A stretch of 37,904 nucleotides of DNA from Catajapyx aquilonaris (lineage: Eukaryota), in assembly GCA_000934665.2 (NCBI GenBank), contig JYFJ02003767.1, positions 1-37,904 of the forward strand, written 5' to 3'. The position numbers and the translations under genes are program-made. Below the pieces are notes generated by a model, which was given only the letters and a program-made list of their open reading frames with translations, made no database searches and was not told where the DNA came from. Every line of letters begins with the position of its first letter. Position 1 is the first letter of the stretch. Of this stretch, positions 24,901 through 35,700 are shown piece by piece.

Positions 24901-26524
24901 GCTGGACCTTCCTTGGATGGGGATGACATGTGAGAGGGTAACACTTGGTCATTTGAGATGGCAGGGACATCTGGACTCATTCCCTGGACCACTACCGGTA
25001 ATTCCTCTGGATGAGTCGAAGCACAATCAATGACTTCTTGGATGGAGGGAGTTTTCGCAGCTGGCTTTGTCTCACCCTGAAGGTACAGTTGAGAAGTCAA
25101 AACCTTCACATGCTCCTTGTGATTAACCTACACCTCACACTGAATGCATTGATTCCTTTTCAACCAAACACATCCATTTTTCATGGCACCTCTATGGCAC
25201 CCTGACACATTTGAACATACAGTACATTTCCGTAGCCGTCTCTTACATACATTATGGAATGTCAATTTCTCATCATTTAAATTACTCAAGTTCAACTAGC
25301 CCATTATTGTGATTTTATCTGTTACAGACTCACCTCGTCATTTACAGCTCCATCGCCATCAGACTTGGCAGCCACTTCATGCTTGATCCTCCAGATGAGG
25401 AGGCCATCATCCTGGGCTCCTTGAAAGTTTGTGGTTGAATCTGCTGGCGGTGACAAACTCTTCTGTGTGGTCCCCATCATCTCGTCACCAGGATCAACCT
25501 CACAGTGAGTATTATTCTGTGGTGGAGTTGTCATCATTCCCATGGAGGGATCAGTGATCTCCTGGACCTGACCTTCATCCTGCCCTTGTCCTTTCTCGTC
25601 TGCAGCAAGGGACTGATGAAAGCTAGTGTCGCCTATAGCTCCATACATCTCTCCATCATCAGCCATCAGGTCATCCTTGGTTTCTTGCTGGAATGTTGTG
25701 GCCGAATCTGCTTCTGACAAACTCTTCTGCGAGATCTTCAGCATCTCAGCATCAGAGTCAACCACATGGTCAGTATTATGTGAAAGAGCTATCTCTACCG
25801 AGGAGCGATCAGTGATCTCCTCCCCTTGTCCTTTCTCTTCACCAGTAAGGGGCTGATGACTGTCTGTGTCACCTGAAGCTTCATTCATCTCTCCGTCATC
25901 AGCCATCAGGTCATCCTTGGTTTCTTGCTGGAATGTTGTGGCCGAATCTGCTTCTGACAAACTCTTCTGCGAGATCGTCAGCATCTCAGCATCAGAGTCA
26001 ACCACATGGCAAGAGCTAATAAGCTCTTGCACATGGTCAGTATTATGTGAAAGAGTTATTATCTCTACCGAGGAGCGATCAGTGATCTCCTGCACTTGAC
26101 CTTCCTCCCCTTGTCCTTTCTCGTCACCAGTAAGGGGCTGATGACTGTCTGTGTCACCTGAAGCTCCATACATCTCTCCATCATCAGTCATCAGGTTATC
26201 CTTTGTTTCTTGCAAGTTTGTAGTTGAATCGGTTTCCATATTGTTCACTGAGAGCTTAATCATCCTTTCGACAAGGTCAACCATGTGATCAGTGTCCTGT
26301 GACGGATTCATCTTGTCCTTGGGGGGAAGGGTGATTTCCTGAATCTGATCATCCTGATTTTCATCTTTCTCATCTCCAGCAACGGAGTGACGGGACGAGC
26401 CAGCATCACCAGATGCTTTGTCGTCAACCAAGGACAGGGAACAGTGAGGATCGACATGAGATGACTGGGACGGAGCAGGCTCAGCAGGCTCAGATGCTGG
26501 GAGAGTAGCAGATGTCACATCCAT
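21980..26524 (-). CDS. Divergent Argonaute-like protein, copy C (about 1110 aa if intron 6 is spliced at the homologous site; exons 26524-25334, 25076-24818, 24755-24630, 24504-23928, 23816-23241, 23149-22852, 22608-22412, 22088-21980). Long acidic repeat N-terminus, then PAZ-MID-PIWI; slicer-dead
   Basis: PAZ: TVADYFAQRYETYLRYPGLPILECG...IPMEIGWIKEGQ. MID: VKFVADTIVGVLTKCI. PIWI: PTIILSAHVT, PSVAAVCAS, AIRGACTSLHPDYKPAITFIVV, KYFLPWDDSNFS, APYYYAS. Ends KYFM*. The intron-6 donor reads AAG|TTAAGT, which is non-canonical. Confidence 0.8.
25410..26420 (-). repeat. Coding tandem repeat in exon 1 of copy C: about 4 units of about 80-95 aa (ASGD..HQ.L.GDEKGQG..QEITD..S...DS.T..Q..KDD)
   Basis: Sequence at 25681 and 25921 is identical over more than 50 nt (240-nt period). 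The repeated peptide is visible in ORF 25322..26569. Confidence 0.9.
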
Positions 26525-26799
26525 ATTGGAGGTCCGGTGAATGCCACACCTGAAGCGGCACAATTCCAACGGTGAGTGGACAACATATCATATGTGCTAG
26601 CTTGAGCAACGCCATTCTGGTTTATGACCAGCTGCCCATTCATGCTTTACGTGAACTAAACCTATGTGACATTGAACTATTGAAGATAGCGCAATGATTG
26701 CGTCAAAAGCATGGGACCGTATCCCGTACGCCAACTAAGCGCCATGCAAGTACCAGTATTACACGCAGCCCTGGGCATACCCTCACTTATTCTTCTTTT

Positions 26800-27570
26800 G
26801 CGACCAAGTCACTTTCCAAGGGTCCTGTTGAAGCCAAGACAATGGGGCACACACCGTAACTCTGGCTACTCCCTTTGACCAGGCCACCTTCTGGCCACTG
26901 GCCAGAGACCCTCTATAATTTGGACCACAGAACTTAACAACTGCCCACCAGATGGCACAAAATAATAGGCTATTTATTTTTGTAGCAGTTAACTTTGCAT
27001 TAATGGTTATCAAAAAGCAATAGCTGTGGATATTAGGTTGCTTTCCATGATGGAAGGATGGCGGGTTTCTGGGTTTTCTTCGTCTGTCTGAGTGTCTGTT
27101 TGTGTTTGGCTCCAGTCTGCTGACCGGGAAGGAGCTTGGGTGCTGTGTAGTGGTAGGAATATGGAAGGAAGAGAAGGACCTTTCTGTAGGGACCATATTA
27201 CGTGCAGTTGTAGTGGACTGTGGCCGTCGTCTCAGAGGGTCAAGTTCTCCACTCTTCCTTTGTTCTTATTTTCCAGCATTATTCCAGTGGGTTGTCTCCT
27301 GTCCTGTGTGCTGGCCATGGATCAGGTGGTGGACGAGGAGGAGAAAGAACACTTGTTACAGGAGGAGATGTGAGCATCAGAAATGAAAGACTCTTGCTTA
27401 AAGGAAGAGAGGAAGGGAGGAGCTAAATGTTACTGGACCTGCTGGACACTGGACAACTGGAAAGAGAAGCCTCGCCTGGCTGATGTGGCCCGATCTGGAC
27501 TCCCCAGGGCAACATAAGGGACCTCACACAACAGTATCTGTCACCAACAATCAGGAGTTGGGATTGGCTC
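26800..27570 (+). mobile_element. Possible LTR-retrotransposon remnant with a degenerate tRNA-Leu-type primer-binding site
   Basis: Compositionally distinct non-coding block ending in tcaggagttgggat (27551-27564), which resembles the TGGTGTCAG(A/G)AGTGGGAT PBS of some Gypsy elements. No TG..CA pair or pol ORF was recognised. Confidence 0.2.
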
Positions 27571-28567
27571 AGGGAAGTGAGGGACAATAAGCTGTTCCTT
27601 CTAGCCAGAGGATGACGAGGGGAAAGCCACTCGGGAGGTAGGTAAGTTAATTCTCGACATACCCGTTCAGAGACATCGAGCGCAGTTTCATGGTGTCTTT
27701 AGATGTGTGCAGCTGTTCACGGCCATATATGCCACGTGAGGTTTAGGAAGTGTTTAGCTTGCCAGGGCTAGTTGCTTCTGAATTGTTTATGACCAAGGGG
27801 GATAGAGACAAGTTGGCGGCACTACAGCCGAAAACCAGACTGCCTTTTTTTGTCGAAATAACGGCTATTCTGGTGGCGGCGGCACAGCTACCCACTTTCG
27901 CACCTAAAATAAATGTCTGGAAACATGACTTCAAGCAATTGATTGTGCTATTTGAATTACATTACGGGAAGTACTCGTTATATGCCGGTAATTGATTCCA
28001 GCAACATGGCAGCGTAAAGGGAATCGGCGTAAAATGAGACAAAATGATAATGTAAGTAAATGTAAGTAGGTTCCAAAATTCCCAAAATTTCCCCATAGAC
28101 AGTACTAATATTACTGTTTATAATGCTGAATATTTAAAACATTTATTACACACATTTAATGAGAGGTCCCAAGTTGAGGGTTATCCAGTTCTGATGGCTC
28201 CTATCCCCCACGTAGTGTACTGTAACAAGGGTTCGAGTACTTCTGGGAGTGCCGAGCGATACCATGCCGAGTACGGCCGAGGAGTCTTAGAACTTAACAT
28301 TGCTGTAATCTCCATCAACAAATCTTGAGCAGCACATTGAATGTAAAAGATATCATGTGTCATGACTGAAGCCTTCTGAACTATCCACCTGGGAGGACTA
28401 ACCTTTTGAATAAGCAACCATATACCTACAGTAGTCCTACAATGAAAAAAATGAGGTCGATTGGATCACAATAAAGTACGTTACTAATTTTATGCCATGG
28501 CCAGGAGAGTACAGCTGAACACCACCTTGGCGTCCTCAGACAGGAAGAAAAGTGCGAGATACTCGAA

Positions 28568-29573
28568 TTAATCTTCAGGGTATTCCATTTCCTCTGCCCA
28601 CTTGTAGAATGCATGTAAGCCATTTGCGAGTATCTCTTTGTGCCCATTGCAGCTCAATGGCAATGCATCGCGGTCCAAGGCCACTACTGTAGGGATTGAT
28701 GTGATCTCGTAGTGCTTAATCAGCGAGCTGCCAAGAAAAGGTTGCATAAATTATTATTTTGCATAACATGTAACAAGCTAAGAAGCTAACACACTCATAT
28801 TTATATCCGCAGGCATATAGTTGCAATATATGATGCTCAAAATAATGGAGGACCATAATATACTGACTTATTGAAGGTGTCTGAAAAGGGAATTCCAAGC
28901 CAGTCCCCATGGAATTCCAGCATCTGTTCATTCATATCAGCTTGTGACAGGTCGCGGCTCACATACACGATTTCAACCATTGGTCGCAGGCACTGTGGAA
29001 AAAAAGGCCTTCCTTTACTGTTCGCCTGTTCAGTACCCTGTAGTACGGTATGTAATGCATGCAGAGAAATTTTTCACCGGAACTCACTTTATAGAATTTG
29101 ACCAGACGTGGTAGAAAAGCGCTGCATGGCACGCTCCATCCTGCTCCAAAGTAGAGGGCAAGGATACTCTTTGGATTTAGGGCCTCTTCGGCTGCCACTG
29201 ACAGCAGCTTCTTCTCATACTTGCGGATGAGCCTCTTTCCTGCAAACAGGCGTGAGTACCACTCAGGTAGTGACTCGCTTGAGGTAAATGTGCAGTCAAT
29301 AGAGGGAGAGGAGGTAGAGGCTAAGTCAGGAGAAACATCCGATCCGCCAAGAGAATCGTCATTGCTGTGATCTTTCTTGGTGCTAAGAGAATTCGCACTG
29401 CCAAGAGAATCCTCACTCCCCAGGTATTCTTCTGGGTCTTCGCTCTTCCTCTGCGGGATCATTGATGACATGTCTGTTAATCTCTGGTTCCTGCCACCAG
29501 ATTGATTACCAAAATATGAGTCACTCGTGTTGATCTCTGTTGCTGTGGAAACAATACCGTAATTGTTACTGAC
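28568..29573 (-). CDS. Nucleoredoxin-like/tryparedoxin-like thioredoxin-fold protein with an SxxC site and a Ser/Asp-rich N-terminal extension (exons 29573-29088, 28992-28868, 28727-28568; 5' exons unresolved)
   Basis: Motifs ALYFGAGWSVPCSAFLPRLVKFY, VEIVYVSRD...EFHGDWLGIPFSD, YEITSIPTVV...NGLHAFYKW. Canonical splice sites with consistent phases. TAA at 28570-28568; AATAAA at 28142-28147. Confidence 0.85.
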
Positions 29574-29946
29574 CTGCACGTAAAGGCATGCAAAGTGTGA
29601 CTTTAATTAGCCTGAAGGGCATTATCACAGGATGTGCTGGTGCACAAGCTAATGGGACCAAAACGTGAATAACAACAACAAATGCATGATACCAACAGAA
29701 AATTACTTTGCTTAGTCGGACAGCCTAATTGGACCACTTTTTTGAGCGCATGGAGATGCATGCGCGGTACAGCCAACAGCGACAATGAATCCTTGTCAGT
29801 ACTGCAATATGTGACCAATTACTCAAAGGCTGCAGCCACTGTGATGACGCTATGCAATGCCACAATGAAAGTGATGATTTGAGGAGAAAATTGTTGGACA
29901 AATGGGAGCAAAATGTCTGAAGACAAAGAAACTGAGGGATGTGATG

Positions 29947-30205
29947 AAATTGAATGGGTTAGTGCCATAACGTGCTAAGCCACAAAACCTTCATTCTGAG
30001 ATATGGGCTTTCAAAAGTTTGGCTTAATATGGCAAATCATACAAAACAAGGAACATTATTCGTGATTTTCTCGTGATCTATGAGGAATTTTTCTAACTAC
30101 GTGATGCCCACTTGTGAAGCACGATGGTGGGACTTTCAGACACGTGCAAGCTCAAAAAACACAAAAGTGTGGCTTAGCACGTTATGGCACTAACCCCTTC
30201 AATTT
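29947..30205. mobile_element. About 259-bp MITE with about 38-bp terminal inverted repeats
   Basis: aaattgaatgggttagtgccataacgtgctaagccaca ... tgtggcttagcacgttatggcactaaccccttcaattt (1 mismatch). No coding capacity. Confidence 0.8.
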
Positions 30206-31036
30206 ATTGACACATCTGAGCCTGAGCAAGTGACCAATCTCAGGATGCCAGTAATTTGTTTATAGAATAAGACGATACTTCATGCAGGAAGTTAGCGAAG
30301 CCAATCCTTCACCTGCCCTAGCTATCTGCGCCGATTTTAGCAACATTGAAGTCTGTTGTAAGTTGCATTGTACCAAATACACATGTGACATATGATTAAC
30401 CTGTCATACAAATTACAGTATTTACACATAGGGAATGCAGTAGCTATTTTAGGGGCAACAGCTCCTAAGACTGAATATGCCATTGCTTTTAGTGTGGGTT
30501 GGGAAGGTTGCACAATGGCAAACAAAGTTGGAGTGAGATGAAGGTGAAAACACTTTAACGAATATTTAACTAACACAAAGAAAGGCAGAATGCCCACTTG
30601 TCTCAAGCAGGAGACAAGTTTAGTGGCAACTTGTCAGTGTAACGTCATAAGATATTTGTTTGTACATGTGACCAGAGTGTATTACAAGGGTCGACTTTGG
30701 ATGAGTCTTGCCTGCTGCATTGGTGGAGTTAGGCCTGATCATGACAGCTGGAAGGACTAGCTGGAGAAGATCTGTGCGGAGAGGGCTACAGAAAAGTGGG
30801 GAAGTAGGAGGAAAAGAATAATGATCCAGACAACTTTAATCTCCAAGAAGTGCCTTGTTCATGAAGAAGAGTGGTACCTTATGTCGAACCTAGGCAGTAA
30901 GTACAAAACACTGCTAATAATTAATCAGATCATAAGTAACAGTTACAAAAATTGTTTTTAAAATATGGATTCGAAACACTTCTTCAAAAACGTTCCTTGG
31001 AAATGGTATTCATACTTGACGAAGAAGAGAATTAGG

Positions 31037-31525
31037 CTATGAACGCTTCAGGACCCTGCCTATAGGATATGTGGATGACCTCGTGTCTCTCAAGTTTGCT
31101 GTTGCATTCAAAGCGTTTTTATCAATACGTAGGCTCCTACGCTTGAATGACCTGTTGACCTTCAGCTTCCGATGCATCGCTGGCCCCTGTAGTTTTTTCC
31201 CATGGGCATCGGGGCAGTCAGTCTTGGCTGCAACTGGCTTTGTCCCATTGTCCACACTATGATCCTCACCTGATGGAGCAAGTTTTTGGTTCACCAGTTG
31301 AGTTGGTGCATCATTGCCTTTATAATCTGAAGCTGATTGAGAATCGCCATTGTCCAATGCAGCACTTTCTACCTTCTTATCAGGGTGGGCCAACTCAACA
31401 TGAATTTCCATGAGAAAACCTGCGTCAAAATGTTTCTCGCAGAATCGGCACCTTTCTGGTCTAAAGGCATCGTCGAGGGTTGCAAGCATGGCATCAAAGG
31501 AAAGTTCCAGCTCCATTGTTTTCAT
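31037..31525 (-). CDS. Exon or ORF encoding a single C2H2 zinc finger plus a basic NLS-like stretch; possibly the 5' part of the nucleoredoxin-like gene
   Basis: CRFCEKHFDAGFLMEIHVELAH fits C-x2-C-x12-H-x4-H. Basic stretch RKLKVNRSFKRRSLR. ATG at 31525 follows a cattaacgcag acceptor. The 3' boundary is uncertain. Confidence 0.55.
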   Translation of the reverse strand: MKTMELELSFDAMLATLDDAFRPERCRFCEKHFDAGFLMEIHVELAHPDKKVESAALDNGDSQSASDYKGNDAPTQLVNQKLAPSGEDHSVDNGTKPVAAKTDCPDAHGKKLQGPAMHRKLKVNRSFKRRSLRIDKNALNATANLRDTRSSTYPIGRVLKRS

Positions 31526-31831
31526 TGTAGTAATTGAGGCGTAACCTGCGTTAATGGTGAACAATATTGCTATTGGGTAGGCCAAAAGGTACTGGTACAT
31601 TTCCAACCCAGGTTCTGTTGCACCTGGCCAGGTACATATCTGGAGGGGCTTACCTTTATTTTAGGCAAGACAGTTATCAATCCATGTGCAATAAAACTGA
31701 CGGGTTTGGGGAACTGCCCTGCCAACCGCTGCAAGTCAAAAGCTCTACATGCCAGTGTTGACTGTCAACAAGGTTGACCTGAATAGTTACCAAGGGAAAT
31801 GGCAACAATTTAATTTTTAGACTTTTCCGAA

Positions 31832-31914
31832 GAAAAAAGTCTTATAGAACGGCTCTGTCTGTCCGTGGACAGGTATCAGACAGACAGACAGAGCATTGCT
31901 ATAAGACTTTTTTC
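31832..31914. repeat. About 83-bp imperfect inverted repeat (hairpin) between divergently oriented genes
   Basis: gaaaaaagtcttatag..gctctgtctgtc pairs with gacagacagagc..ctataagacttttttc. Confidence 0.75.
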
Positions 31915-32450
31915 GAGCCCCCAGGCTGCCCCCTCAATCAAGCTGCCTTATTGTCATAAATGCACTGATATTTCAAATGTACGTAGACGTGCTGTCAATA
32001 TCTTTCTGCCTAATGTTGACTGCATCAGGCAGAAGTGAATACAGCAAGAATCCTGTTTAATAAATTTTACTTTTCTTTTCATTGAATTTCCGGACAATTC
32101 TGACGATATTATTTGTAAAGTTTTGCTTTTGACATTTTATTTTTCCTGGTATCAAGAGTTAAGTGAGTGCACGGTACAACTAGATAAAGAGATACCTGAT
32201 GTTTTTATGCTGCACTTCCTCAAGATAGTAATAAAATTGAAGTGGTCTGAAATCGCCCACTACGTACTTCTGGATTTGACTCTGTAACTAGCCTACGTTA
32301 CATTATTTGAAAAATGAAAGAAATGTTTATTCATTAGTAGCCTAAATGGTGTGCATTTTACAGTGATTTTAAATGAAGTTCATACTGTTTGAACAATTTA
32401 CATGTCAGGTATAATGTAAGACTTCACTGTCAAACTTGTTACTAGTAATC

Positions 32451-32526
32451 ATGCCCAATTTGTCACAGCTAATGACATGTAATGATGCCCAATTTGTCAC
32501 AGCTAATGACATGTAATGATGCCCAA
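32451..32526. repeat. Perfect 34-bp tandem duplication (2.2 copies) upstream of the CLCA-like gene
   Basis: atgcccaatttgtcacagctaatgacatgtaatg twice, followed by atgcccaa. Confidence 0.9.
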
Positions 32527-32762
32527 ATATCAATAATCTGTTGGCGGGGTTAGCCTCCCAAAAAGGAAGTGCACATTTTTTTGTAGATACCATCAAGAGA
32601 CTCTGAATATTATTTTAGAAATGGGGTATCTATAGCGAGTAATCAATCTTTAGATTAATATAAGCCCTCAAAGAAATGCGACTAATGATAAGTACCAAGA
32701 CAACCACTGCTGCGTCATAAGCAGGAGGAAAAGTATAAAATGGACAAACCCACAGTAATATC

Positions 32763-35700
32763 ATGCGTTTCAAGTTCATGAAAATGAAAGTGAAGCAAGT
32801 TACTTGGTGCGTTCTGATATGCTTCATTGGACTTGTATCATCCAAGGTGGTAGTCAGAGGTGGAGGCTATGAGGGCATAGTTGTCGCCATTAGTAGTGAT
32901 GTTGAACAAGACTGTGCCATTGTCATGAACATTGAGGTCAGTGATTTTTCATTGGTAAACAATTTTTTTTAAACAGTTTACAACTATGACAGGACATGCA
33001 AGAATCATGTTCACTAGAAATATTTTGCATCCATCTCACCTGCTAAAGAGGTTGCATTTTAACTGTTTATGCAGCTAACTGCAACATACAGTAGAATTCC
33101 ACAGCCTCTTCATTTCAGGCCTCCTTCATATTGGGGTCCAGGTACTTTCATAAAGTGTCTGGAGGAAGATATTTTCGCCATGTGAAGATTATAGTTCCAC
33201 ATACATTTGACATATCTCTATGTGGAAAGCGCACGTCGGGAGCTGCTCCAGCTGGAATCTGGTCTGATGTGTCTCTCTTGATTGGCCAAACTCATCCTCT
33301 ATTTGGGGACAATCCATGGACGCAACAGACTGGGGGATGTGGGAAGCAAGGAGAATACATGTACTTCAGTGAAGGATACATGCACAATCCTTCAAAAGCT
33401 GTTCCTGGTGTGATGCAAGGTATCAAGTCTTAATTACATTTTTATAACATAGTTATACAACATGGTTGTTTTATTCTAGGTCGCATGCTTGTCAAGGAGT
33501 GGACAAAGTATAGGTATGGAGTATTTGATGAAACTGGATTTGTTGGGGATGAAATTTATCCACCACAGTACTTGAATGAGACACATGCATTACCAAATTT
33601 GTGCTCCAATGCAGACACTTGGTAAGTTGAACTTTATATTATGACGACTTGTGTGTGAAGTGTGAGAATATAACAAAACATTGTATTTAACAGGGCTTGC
33701 AATGAGACGCTGGATATAAATTGCATGATCGTCCCGCCACCTGATGTTCCAAATCATGCCTCAACATCTGTCATGGCCCTGCCATACTTGCCAGAGGTAA
33801 GGAGTACTTCATTTGTGGCAATATTTACACTTCCCTTACAGGGTATTCTGAGCAAATACTTGTTTGCAGGTGGATGCTTATTGTGATGACACAAACCACA
33901 AAGCCTTCATTCCAACCAAGCACAATGCAATGTGTATGGGACAGAGTGTTTCAAAGATTGTAAATGAACATGCAGATTTTCAAGGGTAAGTTTTGAATGA
34001 AACACTTATATTTAATGGTCTAACTTAACTTCACAGCATAAACAGTCATGTAATATGCAATTTTTCTTTTCAGTCCTGATGGTCAGCCTGCAACTTATGC
34101 TGATCCTACATTCACGTATGTGAAATCACAAATGCCAAGACTATTTGTCTTGTATGAAAGTAGTCAAGCCATGAACCAAAGAGTAAGCTACCCAACGATT
34201 TCAGTGACTGCCCATGTTTTTTTTTGCATAATTTGATTGCTATATCTCATATCATAATTTCAGAGTGTCTGGAAATATTTGTACAAAGCATTGTCCATGA
34301 TGATCTTGTATGAACTGCCAGATGAAATGGAGTTTGGGATGATCTCTTTCAATACGGGCACCACTACTGTACAGCCTCTCATTACTCTGGACTCAACCAA
34401 CAGAATGGATGTTGTCAATAAGTTCTTTAATAGAAATTATCCAAACGCGTCAATACCTAGCTCAGATGTCATGTTATACACAGCTGTGCATGGTGCTGAT
34501 CAGGTAATAGACCATATTTTCATGTATAGTACAGGGGAAAATGCAATCTAAAAGAAAACTTTCCACTACAAATTATTATGCACAGTATGAGCAATAATTG
34601 TGCAAGAGTGAACTGTCAGGAATGACAATAAGTCACACATATTTGTCATAAATGCCTCCTATTTTCCTCCAAACACAATATGTTAAAAGAAACCCAAACC
34701 CAAAGTACACACATCTAAACTCTTGATAATCATAACAATAGAGATTCTTGTGTCAGAATTTCATTTCTTTAGCCTTCCCATTAAAGTGCTCTTTTATTGA
34801 AAATGTCTTTGCATTCCCTTCATGTCACTAACTCTTATTAGTGAAATGGATGACTCTGGCACCAAATGATCAGGCGGTGAATGTAAGATTTTATTTTTTA
34901 AAGGTGTAAGCAATGTAATCCTCGATTTTAATCATCTGCAAACTTGATAAAGAATCAACATTAGTAAGGCCAGTCTTAATATTGTGTTTCACGTATTCTC
35001 GTGCATTTTTTTGCCATGTAGGTCTATGTAACTTAGCTTTTGCATTCAACAGATATACAATATTTAAAGATGACTGTGTGTACCATGCAAATCCACTTTT
35101 GAATGGTACAGACTATACTAGGGACTTAATTGTTATGATAGATGATTCTGACCATGTGATACATCACTAATGTTTACTCTATTTTTGCAGGAGTTTGGCT
35201 TGATGGAGGGAGATGCAGTAATCCTGATTACCGCAGTTATGGCTACATCAGCTCGCGGTGCTGATGTGAATGACACCATTGCCCTGTTGTTGAGTAGGAA
35301 GACTTCACTGGCAGTCATAGAGTATCCAATTGCCACTGGGTTGTCTCAAGCTTTATTACCTGTTACACATGGAATGGGCTTCTCTGTTCCTGAGACTGAA
35401 ATAGATAACAAATCCACCTTAAAGACCCTGATGGGATTGAATGATGCTCTGATTCAAATTCAGGATTATTTTATTCCTCCAGGAATAGGAGGACAACCAG
35501 TGGTGGTGAGTAGGCTAATATACAGGGTGGTCGGTAAATGGCGGAAAAGCTTCAGGTAGCGAGATTCCTTGTGGAAAACCAGTATATGGAAGTGAAGGTC
35601 ATATTGCTCTACGAGGCCTGGTTAGGGCTCACGAGGTCTCCAAAGTTTGGGCCCAATCATGACGTCACATCCGCCTGCGAAATTCAAACACTACCGTATC

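Noticed and set aside
11275..26099. + strand ORFs antisense to Argonaute exons (e.g. 11275..11622, 13961..14194, 23322..23552, 25626..25856)
   Set aside because: These are shadow ORFs opposite real coding exons, with no independent evidence.
25410..26420. Regularly spaced repeats considered as a CRISPR-like array
   Set aside because: Units are about 240-285 nt, in frame and protein-coding, with no unique spacers and no cas genes, in a eukaryotic context.
11042..26524. Interpretation as a prokaryotic Argonaute defence operon or as PIWI-clade genes
   Set aside because: Spliceosomal introns and poly(A) signals are present. Motifs (LWDD, YKPAITFIVV, MYFA end) resemble the eukaryotic AGO clade.
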